A DNA stretch of 64,000 nucleotides from an uncultured Acidobacteriota bacterium. Its GTDB lineage: Bacteria > Acidobacteriota > Blastocatellia > RBC074. The notes beneath the pieces are model-generated. The model did not search any database. It was given only the letters and a program-made list of their open reading frames with translations, and was not told the DNA's origin. This document shows, piece after piece, positions 12,449 through 21,703 of this stretch (position 1 is its first letter; every line of letters starts with the position of its first letter). The position numbers were made by a program, and so were the translations under genes. The stretch lies in assembly GCA_963796275.1 (NCBI GenBank), contig CAWCKY010000004.1, forward strand, positions 1-64,000. Direction: 5' to 3'.

Positions 12449-12693
12449 GAGGACCGTGCAAATTCAAGTTGATTGTTATCAGTAGTTTCTGGTTGGCTCC
12501 GGAGGAGCCCGATGTTTATTAGCTTAGATGATAATGTTCATCGCAAGCTCCAGAGGAGCGAGATCTGAACGCCTATATACCGCTCCTCCGGAGCTTGCGA
12601 GGTTTGGATGATCGAGTGCTATAAATATTCCGCGCCGCTGGCGCTCGGGACCAAAAACATTGATTCCAATGATCTTTTATTTGCACAGTCCTC
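12449..12693. mobile_element. MITE, copy 1, with internal REP-like palindromes
   Basis: Ends gaggaccgtgcaaat / atttgcacagtcctc, flanked by 8 bp direct repeat agttaacc; near-identical copy at 49750-49993. Confidence 0.9.
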
Positions 12694-12846
12694 AGTTAAC
12701 CAACCTGGATGGTTGCTGTTCTCAGATTGTTATGGGCTATTTTGATGATGGTCGCCGTGGTTGAGTACACAGTCGATGGCCATATCATTGAGGACCTCAA
12801 TATTAGTCACCCAAAGTAGTCAACAAATAGATTTTCTGGAGGAAAT

Positions 12847-13563
12847 ATGGCAGCGAAAGAACGATTGGACTATGGAATCGGCGCGCCCGGTTACCTGATA
12901 ACGTTTGCCATTCTGGCAGCGGTTTCAGCGGTGTCCGCCGTTATCCTCGGCACCAAGGGATTCAGCATCCTATCTCTTATTGTTGGAGTTTTCTGCGGCT
13001 TTTGGATTTTTTGCGCTGCGATATGGATTCTTGGCAGCAGGGTCGGAAGTTTACATGCTCGCGACATTATTCTCTCCCGAATCGCGTGGCGTGGAGATGA
13101 GCGCGTTTTAGATGTCGGCTGTGGGCATGGACTTCTTCTCGTAGGGGCAGCGAAGAAGCTGACCACCGGTCGAGCAGTGGGGGTCGACATCTGGAATCAG
13201 GCCGACCAGTGGGATAATCACCCTGAAAACACCGCCAGGAATGCGCGAATCGAAGGAGTCGCCGATCGCGTCGAGATCCACACCTGCGACGCCAGCAAAC
13301 TAACCTTTCCGGATGAGTCTTTCGACATCGTCGTCTCGAGCGCGGCGCTCCACGATATGGTTGAGAGGGATAAGGTACTACGCGAAATCATTCGCGTATT
13401 GAAGCCTGGAGGTCAGATAGCAATCTACGACATCAAATACGTCCCCAAGTACCAGCAAACCTTTCTCGAGTCGGGAATGGAACAAGTGCGACACTGGGGT
13501 AAGCTCCGCTGGTACCTGCCCTTCGCCACCTTCCTGACAGCCATGAAACCCGGTAGACAGTAG
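12847..13563 (+). CDS. Membrane-anchored class I SAM methyltransferase
   Basis: Two N-terminal hydrophobic helices, VLDVGCGHG, FDIVVSS, LKPGG; GGAGG RBS. Confidence 0.85.
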   Translation: MAAKERLDYGIGAPGYLITFAILAAVSAVSAVILGTKGFSILSLIVGVFCGFWIFCAAIWILGSRVGSLHARDIILSRIAWRGDERVLDVGCGHGLLLVGAAKKLTTGRAVGVDIWNQADQWDNHPENTARNARIEGVADRVEIHTCDASKLTFPDESFDIVVSSAALHDMVERDKVLREIIRVLKPGGQIAIYDIKYVPKYQQTFLESGMEQVRHWGKLRWYLPFATFLTAMKPGRQ

Positions 13564-13619
13564 ACAGTAGGCAGAAAGCAGTATCCAAGGTTGAGTATAT
13601 CGCGAGTTGTTCGATGGAG

Positions 13620-13920
13620 GTTCAGCCCATCTCGTCAGCCCATTCTTGAGAGAATTCGCGCTACTGTGAAAAGGCGCCGGATGCGACTGAGAAGATTAGC
13701 TATCGAATTCCGATCTTTAGCCCTAAAGAAGGGGGCCTTCTGTATTTCGCCCCATTCAAGGCACATATCTGACCTCTACCCGCCTGTTCGCGGGCATGAA
13801 CGATCTGGTAGATACATGGGTCCGAATGGCAATCTCCGGTTTCCGCTGACCGAGCGGATTCCGTATGGATTGATCACCCGCATCGCCGAAACTTTTGCGA
13901 CGCGCATCGCGTGGGCCGCA
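13620..13920 (+). pseudogene. DUF1801/YdhG-like remnant
   Basis: ILERIRATV, LYPP, GNLRFPLTERIPYGLITRIA; central part out of frame. Confidence 0.55.
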
Positions 13921-13987
13921 GGCTATTTCATTGAGCCCAACGATTTCCTCCCAAGCGAAAAGCCGTTCGGGATTCCCAGTATGTTAT

Positions 13988-14833
13988 TCATAACCTTCTG
14001 CGGTCTCGATACCAGGGAGTTTCGAAACGAAGCATATTCGCCATGCTGCGGCTGGGATTCAGGAAACTCCTGATCAGCACACGCAACATCCGGTTCGAGA
14101 TTTTGTTTTCAAATTTATATATGACGAACCGGTCAAGAATATCTTCACCAACCAGCCATGTCGTCCCGAGGGTCGGCGTGATGACTAGATCAACCCAAGC
14201 CATCGGGTGCTTACTATTCTTGAACGGTTTCAAGCCGATGTTGCCAACAGAAGCTTCACTAAGTGGGCCGATTTCCCATTGTGTACTGAAGAGTACGGCA
14301 AACCCACCCGCCTTGAGCCGGCTATGCCAGTAAGCCTTACGCATAGCGAACTCCTGCCCTCTCCCTTTTGGGTCATTCTGAACCTGGATAAAACCAGCCA
14401 CTGCGCCTTGCATCGGGTGGCCAATATAGTCGGCTATAAACGGATCACCGTCATCCCACCCGCGCAAATTCCTGACTGACCGAAAATAGTCCTTAAAGAA
14501 AGGGCCCCGCAATTCCTCCCGTGTTCCCGATATGGTTGCAATATTGAAACTATGCATTATCGCGAGGAATAACAGAGACTGCTCGCCCGCTCCCTTCCAG
14601 TCGAAGCCCTTCGCTTTTCCGGCCCGCACACCATTTCCATTGCTGCTCTCGGGCGGAACCGGGTCCTGCATAGCGGAAGGGAGACGGTCTTTCTCAATGT
14701 GATTGGCATCAGGTTTATCAAATGTCAGATTTTCGCCCTGTTTCACCGGCAATGGAAGATTGATAACCTGAGCTGTACATGTCAGCGTGATAAAACAACT
14801 CATCAGAATCGCCAAAATTGCGATTTTGCCCAT
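13988..14833 (-). CDS. Exported hypothetical protein (DUF3943-like)
   Basis: Signal peptide, WDDGDPFIADYIGHPMQGA motif, GAGGAG RBS. Confidence 0.65.
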   Translation of the reverse strand: MGKIAILAILMSCFITLTCTAQVINLPLPVKQGENLTFDKPDANHIEKDRLPSAMQDPVPPESSNGNGVRAGKAKGFDWKGAGEQSLLFLAIMHSFNIATISGTREELRGPFFKDYFRSVRNLRGWDDGDPFIADYIGHPMQGAVAGFIQVQNDPKGRGQEFAMRKAYWHSRLKAGGFAVLFSTQWEIGPLSEASVGNIGLKPFKNSKHPMAWVDLVITPTLGTTWLVGEDILDRFVIYKFENKISNRMLRVLIRSFLNPSRSMANMLRFETPWYRDRRRL

Positions 14834-15535
14834 TTTTAAATTCTCCTCAGTGGATTAGAAGAAGCTTAATATTTACCGGGGTTAGAATGGGGTCAGAATG
14901 TTGGCGCAACACTATCGTGAGACGCGCCGGACGTCAAATCGTTGTGCCATCAGAATTTCAACCGCTGGGGCATCATTTCATTGATGATCGTCGTTCCTGC
15001 ATGAAGAGGGTCTGTCGGCGCTCATGTCGCCATTGGTGAGGCTGCTTGCCAGGAGGAATAAGAATTAAGAAATCTGATGAGACCCGCCAGCCGATTTGAC
15101 GTCCTATGCCGTAAATGGGCTGAAATTTCTCACTTACAAGCCTCTGCGACCATTTTCGTCTAGAATCAAAGCAAAATCTCACAAAAGTTACTGCCAAGGG
15201 ATTATTTGCGGCGATTGCGTTCAAGAGCGTCGTTGCGTTGCGACTGCTGGATCTGCGCGAGAGCGTCGAGATGATGCCCAGTATGATAGGTCAGCCTCAT
15301 TGAGCTTCAGGCAATCGGCTTATAGGATTGCGGCTTCGCTTCCGCCGCGTAGCGGGGCTAAGAATGTAGCCCTACGTTTATGGTCACTGAAAATAGATGC
15401 AACCACGTCATCCAGGGTAGGGGCAGACCAGTGTGTACCTACGTGGTTGCTTTACATTTTTCAGAAGAACATCAACGCCGGGTAGGTATTAGCGAGTAGG
15501 CGTTAAGCGTTTAACCTGAATGTCAATAGCAACGC

Positions 15536-15655
15536 TTGGCGTCGATCCTGATGACGTCCATGGCGACAGGGCTGACGTTGCTGCCTAATATCATCGGAGG
15601 GAATAAACCGGGACACGAGATCGAACACCCACAGGCAGTGGTGATTATTGGCGGC
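15536..15655 (+). pseudogene. C-terminal fragment of CusA/AcrB-type RND transporter
   Basis: ILMTSMATGLTLLP..GGNKPGHEIEHPQAVVIIGG resembles the RND TM11-12 motif. Confidence 0.55.
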
Positions 15656-15679
15656 TGGGAACAACCATGGCTATTTTTG

Positions 15680-16135
15680 TCATTGATAGTAAGTCGCTCC
15701 GCGGAACGTTCTCGTGAACGAGCGATAGGCCGGCTGCTTCGGGGTCGGACTCCGGCAGAGGCTGAGAGTCGAGTCCTTTATCGAGGATCGAGAGCATGCT
15801 GCTTCGCGTGGGCGAGGAGAGCGTGAGAGCGCGTTGGCAAGCGGCTTCCAGACGCCTTTGCCGAATTTTTTCTCGAGTGAAAGCAGACCGAGGCAGGAAC
15901 GAAAAGCCCATCTCCGGATGGGGTCGTTTGGTGAGCAGATGCTCAACGAGGTCGCGAGTAAAACGCCCGATGGAGATCGCCCAGTTGAGAAAACGACCTG
16001 GCGTCCATTCGAGATGAGCGCGATGAGATTAGGCATGTGCTCGGTGATGGTCGAATGGCCGCCCTTGCGATCAGAGCGCGGATGGACGGCGACGCGCTGG
16101 TTGTTGAGAAACACTCGATCGCCGTGGCTGTCGCG
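15680..16135 (-). mobile_element. IS21-family IstA C-terminal remnant
   Basis: RVAVHPRS..GGHSTITEHMP, RPHPEMG/FRSCLGLLSL, RLEAACQRAL, HENV/RGATYYQ over several frames; no istB. Confidence 0.8.
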
Positions 16136-16361
16136 CTCGCTTTTGAAGAAAAACCCGACATGCCTATTCCGCTTCCATAGACTGAGGCATCTCGATAGTG
16201 AAACCTGGTCGAAAAATTATCCTGCCTCTCTTATTAGTTCAGGCTTTGCATTCTTCACCTATCTCGATCACCAATCCCACCCACGGCGATTGCACCAATC
16301 TTGGCTCCGGAGAGTCTTTTCTCATGAAAATGATGCATCAGTAAAGTTGAGTAAAAATTGG

Positions 16362-16952
16362 TTATACCGACACCAAGTGCCCTTTGCCCCTTAGGGTTTG
16401 CAGGTCGATGTCTGCGATACATCGTACTTTGACATAGTCCAGGGTAAGCCCGCCTTCCAGATGAACCATTCCCGTTTGGTTCTCAAAATCAGCCTGGCTC
16501 AAATCGAGAGTGTCTCGATCAAGTCTTACTCCTAGTTCGGTGCCGCCCTTGGTCTCAGTAAATTTGATATGGAGATAACCCATATCGATCCGGTCCTTGA
16601 GAGCCGTGGCCGTCTTTTCCGGTCGCAAACTGGCTTCGACCGGATGGTCGCCGTCGCAAAGCTTCTCGACAAGGCTCTTCTCACGAGGTTTGTTCGGATC
16701 AGGCGGTGGAGGAGATGGTGGAGGATTCTTTGCCATCTCCTCCATCTTCTTCCGTAAACTTAACGGCCTCATATCGGTCCATACTTCTTTGATATAGGCC
16801 AGACACTCTGGCTTCAGACCGCTCTTTCCTACCTCTCTCCAACCAAGTGGTATCTCCTTATAGTCCGGCCATATGGAGTATTGTTCTTCGTGATTCATGA
16901 CAACTCTATAAACTGTCGCATCCTCTCTATCAGGATCATGTGAGCTCATCAT
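16362..16952 (-). CDS. mbtH: MbtH-like protein fused via Pro linker to a ~105 aa extra domain
   Basis: [35 protein letters not shown]; GGAGG RBS. Confidence 0.92.
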   Translation of the reverse strand: MMSSHDPDREDATVYRVVMNHEEQYSIWPDYKEIPLGWREVGKSGLKPECLAYIKEVWTDMRPLSLRKKMEEMAKNPPPSPPPPDPNKPREKSLVEKLCDGDHPVEASLRPEKTATALKDRIDMGYLHIKFTETKGGTELGVRLDRDTLDLSQADFENQTGMVHLEGGLTLDYVKVRCIADIDLQTLRGKGHLVSV

Positions 16953-17016
16953 TTCCTCCTTGAAATTCTATGTTGATTCCGCTCCGACGGAACCTGGCAG
17001 TTAACGGAGATGACGT

Positions 17017-17104
17017 TCAGATTCATGTACTTCTTAAGAGCCTAGATTTGATATCCAGAGAAATGGCTTTGTGCCAAAAACTGTAAGACGTCGATCTATC
17101 TACT
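17017..17104 (-). pseudogene. Doubly deleted relic of the NusG-paralog gene
   Basis: 17017-17057 matches 52591-52631 (38/41); 17059-17104 matches ~52854-52899. Confidence 0.8.
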
Positions 17105-17263
17105 GAACTGGCACCGCGCATTTTCACCTCGAGCTGAATACCAATGGATTTTATGACAGGCTACTGACATACTGAGTTACATCCTAGAATCAAATAAATA
17201 AAAGCGAGCGCGGATATTGCCTGTTGCTTCTTGACTCCTTGCTTTCGTGAACCATCACTTACC

Positions 17264-17278
17264 GCAAGCGAAGTGCCA
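17264..17278 (-). promoter_or_regulatory. Sigma54 -24/-12 promoter for mbtH
   Basis: Minus strand TGGCAC-TTCGC-TTGC. Confidence 0.7.
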
Positions 17279-17399
17279 AAGCTCACCGCCACACGACAAG
17301 AACCCGAGCGAAGAGTGAAACTGCTTGACCCAGTTGAAGATGATGGTGATGGAGATGGCGATTGAAGAAGACCCCATGGCATCCGGCCGAGCCGCGTTA

Positions 17400-17508
17400 T
17401 ATCACCAATGATAATGACGTACACAAAGTTCAACTGGGCATAAGGTGCGAAGGTCTTGGCTGTCAAACGACTTCGGCACGCTTCCGGGCTGCTGTATCAA
17501 CGCTGATA
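17400..17508. promoter_or_regulatory. Two TATCA-N4-TGATA palindromes (putative enhancer)
   Basis: 17400-17413 and 17495-17508, conserved in the 53.5 kb copy. Confidence 0.6.
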
Positions 17509-17623
17509 TAACTATCTGAGCGCTGATCATGATCTGAGCTCGTCGGATAGCCATAATATTCGGTACCCTAGTTGGATTGTTGAAATGCTGTTCTCCCATG
17601 AAAATGTGGACTCGCCCAGGCTA

Positions 17624-20600
17624 TCAAGTTTCGCTTGTCTGGTGAATAGCCCGAGAAAGCGCTTCCCCAAGCGATGCAATGTAAGGAGATTCCATCATCG
17701 ATAGGTGATTGCCTGGTACAGTAATCGTTCGGATCTGCTCCGCCGGCAAGATCACCTCCCAGCTATGGTGTGTGGAAGTATAACCAGTATTCTCCATATC
17801 CTCTGCGATAAAAAGGTGAAGTGGAATGGGGATCGGATGGGCGATGTATCCCCTCGCCGCGGCTATATGATTTCGGTTGCGCTCCAGGTATCGGGCTGCT
17901 TCGTCGGCAGTTAGTCCTGCAGGTAACAGTTGGTATGCCTGGGTGCCTTCTTGCATTCGTGAGAGGGGGTCTTTGACATCAAAGGTAGTATCAGACAGTA
18001 ATTCGTTAGGAACTTTGGTTCCAGGCCCAAAATAGCTCCCATCGAGGCTTCCGAGGAACTCTACAGGCGCATCATCTCCGATCAGCTGGGTCGCGATCTC
18101 ATAGGCAAGAGTTCCACCAAATGACCAGCCAGCGATGCGGTATGGCCCGTCTGGCTGCACTGCGCGGATCATTCGTACCATCCGTGCCGCCATGGCTTGA
18201 ATTGTCTGCAAAGGCTTCTCCGAAAACCCAGGAGCTACCAATCCATAAACGGGAAAGCCGGAGGCAAGGTGAGAGGCAAGCTTCGGACCATAGAGAACCT
18301 CTCCCCAAATGTCATGCACCAGGAAGAGTGGCGGGTCTGCGCCGCCTGTACGCAGCGGTACTGCGACCGCCTCCTGCAATGAGTCCTCTATTCGGGACCG
18401 AACGTGGATAGCGAGAGATTCGACGGTTGGATATGTGAATAGATCGGTTACAGATATGTCGATATCGAGGGCCGTTTCTTGTTTGATTCGATTGACAAGC
18501 CTGGCTGCTAGCAGGGAATGGCCGCCAAGTTCGAAGAAAGTGTCAGAGCGGCCCACCCGCTCGAGATTGAGCGCCTTGGCCCAGATTCGGGCCAGTTGGG
18601 CTTCGACCTCGCCCACCGGCGGCTCGTAGACGCGCCTTACATAGGCCGCTCCTTCGGGAGCAGGTAGAGACTTCCTATCGAGCTTGCCGTTCGGAGTGAG
18701 CGGTAGAGAATCCAAATGGACGTAGGCCGAGGGAACCATGTATCCGGGCAACGCGGCTGAGAGATGGGCTTGCAACGCCGCTGCTCCGATCTCTTCGCCG
18801 GTGTAGTAGGCCACCAGCCGCCTGTCGCTCTCGTTATCCTCGCAGGCAATCACGACTGACTCACGCACATCGGGGTGACCGGCCAGCCGGGCCTCGATCT
18901 CACCCAGTTCGATCCGGAAGCCCCTGATCTTCATCTGGAAGTCGTTGCGACCCAGATACTCGATATTGCCATCTGGCAGCCAGCGGCCCAGGTCTCCCGT
19001 CTTGTAAATGTGTTCCCCCGCCTTCTCACCAAACGGATGTGGCAAGAAACACTCCGCCGTCAACTCGGGTCGATTAAAATAGCCCCACGCCACTCCTACT
19101 CCTCCGATATGGATCTCTCCGGGCACACCCACCGGTGACGGCTCAAGTCTCTCATCCACAATGTATATCTGCGTGTTCGCGATAGGCCGCCCAATTGCTA
19201 TATGCACCTGCGCTCCTGCCACAATCTTCCAATTCACCAATACCGCCGATGACCAGATGGTGGTCTCCGTCGGGCCATACACATTCCACAGCTTACCGAC
19301 CCTTTCGATAACACGCCCTGCCAGTTCAGCGGAGAGCGCCTCCCCGCCACACAAGGCTTTGAGGTTTGGTGAGCCATGCCATCCAGCATCAAGCAACAGG
19401 CGCCACGTGGAGGGCGTTGCTTGAACCATCGTCACTCCAGACATAGTGATCATCTCAGCCAGAGCTATTGGATCATGACTCTTCGCTCGCTCTACCAACA
19501 CAATTCTGGCACCGGAAATCATGGGCAGGAACAGCTCCAACCCGGCGATATCGAAGGCGAGTGTTGTCAACGCCAGCATACAATCGGTCGATGTGATGCC
19601 GACGAGATCATGCATGGAAGACAGTAAGTTAACGATCCCGGGATTCCCGACCATTACTCCCTTGGGCCGACCGGTGGAACCGGAGGTATATATGATATAA
19701 GCTAGGCTTCGTGCGTCTACCCTGGAGCGGGCGAGGTTACACTCGCTCTGAGCCGCCCATGAGACGGCGTCGGTGTCGAGATTTACAATAAGCAGGCCGA
19801 GAGTGTGCGTAGCCAGCACCGCTTTGACCGCACCGTGGGTGATCAAGACCGCCGCTTCGCTGTCCTTCAGCATGTAATCCAACCGCGCGGGCGGATAGGC
19901 TGGATCCAGTGGTACATAAGCACCGCCCGCTTTAAGCGTAGCCAGCAGTGCGACTATCAGTTCAATACCGCGCTCCATACAAATCGCCACCCGCACGTCA
20001 GGTCCCACACCCAGTTCACGCAGATGATGCGCTAACCGGTTGGCCCGCGCATTCAGCTCGCCGTAGCTGAGGCTTTGCTCCCCATACACCAAGGCAATAG
20101 TCTCCGGGCCCCGCTCCACCTGCTGTTCGAACAACTCGTGAACGTATTTCCCCTGCCAGGTGTTTGCCGTCGGAGAGTCTGCCTCGGTCGCATTCCATTC
20201 GATTAACACTTGGCGCCGTTCAGCCTCGCCCAGCAGTGGCAACCGGCCGACTGCCTGTGTTTCATCTGCCACCATTGCTGCCAGCAGCGTTTGCCAGTGC
20301 CCTAGATACCGTAAAACCGTCTCACGATCGAAGAGCGATGTCGCATATTCCAGACTTCCTATGATCTGTTCTCCCGACTCTTGCAGCGACAATGACAGAT
20401 CGAACTGCGCCGTGCTCCTCGGCGCAGGTAAGAGTTGGTGAGTCAATCCGGGAAGATCCGGCACTCCTTCCGGCGTACTCTGCCAGGCGAACATGGCCTG
20501 AAAAACCGGCGCGTGCGACAGGCTCCGCGGCGGCTGTACGATCTCTACTACCTGTTCGAAGGGGAATTCCTGATGCTCCTGCGCCTCCACTGTCCGCGAC

Positions 20601-21661
20601 TTGACGCGCCCCAGCAGCTCGCTTACTGCCGGTGAACCCGTGAAATCGATCCGCAACGCCAGGGTGTTGATGAAGCAGCCGATCAGCGGCTCAATCTCCG
20701 GATGCCTCCGGTTGGCAACGGGCGTGCCGATCACCACCTCCTCCTGACCCGACAGCCGCCCCAGAAGCGCTGCCCAACTCGCCAGCAGCGTCATGTAGAG
20801 CGTTGTACCCTGGCGTTGACCGAGCGCCTTGAGATCGCGCGTCAGGTCTGCACCCAGCTCGATCTCAAGAGCATCGCCCGCATAATTCTGGGGGGCCGGT
20901 CGCGCCCGGTCGGCAGGCAGTTTGAGCAGAGGGGGCGCTCCGGCTAGCGTGCTCTTCCAGTAGTCGGATTGCCGCCGCAAGACCTCACCGCTCAACCAGC
21001 GACGCTGCCAGGCCGCGTAGTCGGCGTACTGAACTGGTAAGGCCGGCAAGGATTCGGCTTCGCCATTGCGATAAGCCTTATAGAGCGCGCTCATCTCGTC
21101 GACCAGAATGCCCATCGACCAGCCGTCCGAGATGATGTGATGCATCGTCAGCAACAAGGCATGATCGTCCTCGGCCAGTTGTGCCAATCGCCCGCGAATC
21201 AGCGGACCACGCTGGAGATCGATGGGCTCAGCGGCTTCACGCGCAACGAGCCGCTGCAGCTCAGCCAGCGGGTTGGCGGCGTGACACAAGTCATGTTCCT
21301 GTAAAGCAAAGCCTCTATCCGCGGGCCCGATGAGCTGCACGGGACGATCGTCGATCTGGGAGAAAGTGGTGCGCAGGACCTCGTGCCGCTCGACAATGCG
21401 ATCAAGCGCCCGGCGCAATGCCGAGCGGTCGAGATCGCCCTTCAGGCGTATGCCGCCGGAGATGTGGTAAGCCTCGCTCGCCCCTTCGAATTGGGCCAGG
21501 AACCAGAGCCGCTGCTGCGCGAGCGAGAGTTCGAGCAGACCGTCCCTGTTTATTGGCGTGATCGGTAATGTAGGCGCCGATTTGCGCTTGATCTTCCTCG
21601 CCTGAGCCAAGGCTAAGACACGCTCACGGTCTACGGCCGTTAGATCTTTAAGTGATCGCAT
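17624..21661 (-). CDS. NRPS termination module C-A(Gly)-T-TE
   Basis: HHIISDG, code read as DILQLGVIWK, GGHSL, TE GWSFGG. Confidence 0.93.
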   Translation of the reverse strand: MRSLKDLTAVDRERVLALAQARKIKRKSAPTLPITPINRDGLLELSLAQQRLWFLAQFEGASEAYHISGGIRLKGDLDRSALRRALDRIVERHEVLRTTFSQIDDRPVQLIGPADRGFALQEHDLCHAANPLAELQRLVAREAAEPIDLQRGPLIRGRLAQLAEDDHALLLTMHHIISDGWSMGILVDEMSALYKAYRNGEAESLPALPVQYADYAAWQRRWLSGEVLRRQSDYWKSTLAGAPPLLKLPADRARPAPQNYAGDALEIELGADLTRDLKALGQRQGTTLYMTLLASWAALLGRLSGQEEVVIGTPVANRRHPEIEPLIGCFINTLALRIDFTGSPAVSELLGRVKSRTVEAQEHQEFPFEQVVEIVQPPRSLSHAPVFQAMFAWQSTPEGVPDLPGLTHQLLPAPRSTAQFDLSLSLQESGEQIIGSLEYATSLFDRETVLRYLGHWQTLLAAMVADETQAVGRLPLLGEAERRQVLIEWNATEADSPTANTWQGKYVHELFEQQVERGPETIALVYGEQSLSYGELNARANRLAHHLRELGVGPDVRVAICMERGIELIVALLATLKAGGAYVPLDPAYPPARLDYMLKDSEAAVLITHGAVKAVLATHTLGLLIVNLDTDAVSWAAQSECNLARSRVDARSLAYIIYTSGSTGRPKGVMVGNPGIVNLLSSMHDLVGITSTDCMLALTTLAFDIAGLELFLPMISGARIVLVERAKSHDPIALAEMITMSGVTMVQATPSTWRLLLDAGWHGSPNLKALCGGEALSAELAGRVIERVGKLWNVYGPTETTIWSSAVLVNWKIVAGAQVHIAIGRPIANTQIYIVDERLEPSPVGVPGEIHIGGVGVAWGYFNRPELTAECFLPHPFGEKAGEHIYKTGDLGRWLPDGNIEYLGRNDFQMKIRGFRIELGEIEARLAGHPDVRESVVIACEDNESDRRLVAYYTGEEIGAAALQAHLSAALPGYMVPSAYVHLDSLPLTPNGKLDRKSLPAPEGAAYVRRVYEPPVGEVEAQLARIWAKALNLERVGRSDTFFELGGHSLLAARLVNRIKQETALDIDISVTDLFTYPTVESLAIHVRSRIEDSLQEAVAVPLRTGGADPPLFLVHDIWGEVLYGPKLASHLASGFPVYGLVAPGFSEKPLQTIQAMAARMVRMIRAVQPDGPYRIAGWSFGGTLAYEIATQLIGDDAPVEFLGSLDGSYFGPGTKVPNELLSDTTFDVKDPLSRMQEGTQAYQLLPAGLTADEAARYLERNRNHIAAARGYIAHPIPIPLHLFIAEDMENTGYTSTHHSWEVILPAEQIRTITVPGNHLSMMESPYIASLGEALSRAIHQTSET

Positions 21662-21703
21662 AGCTTTCGTATCTCTATTGTATAGTCGTGATGTATTTGC
21701 GTC

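Larger units (their letters stand above)
17103..17540 (-). repeat. Duplicated promoter/leader cassette, copy upstream of mbtH
   Basis: Colinear diverged match to 53183-53627. Confidence 0.92.

Noticed and set aside
13553-13583. Short heptamer tandem repeat (agacagt-like)
   Set aside because: Only ~4 degenerate units after a stop codon; ordinary intergenic repeat
14933-14950. Sigma54-like site upstream of 14833
   Set aside because: TGGCAC-N5-TTTG lacks the -12 GC
15340-15450. REP-like hairpins (gcaaccacgt..acgtggttgc around a GTAG motif)
   Set aside because: Single degenerate copy in window, no RAYT gene; cannot be supported further
17161-17466. Similar small ORFs in both leader copies (also 53257-53520)
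   Set aside because: Starts, stops and frame are not conserved; similarity follows from the DNA duplication; region holds promoter motifs
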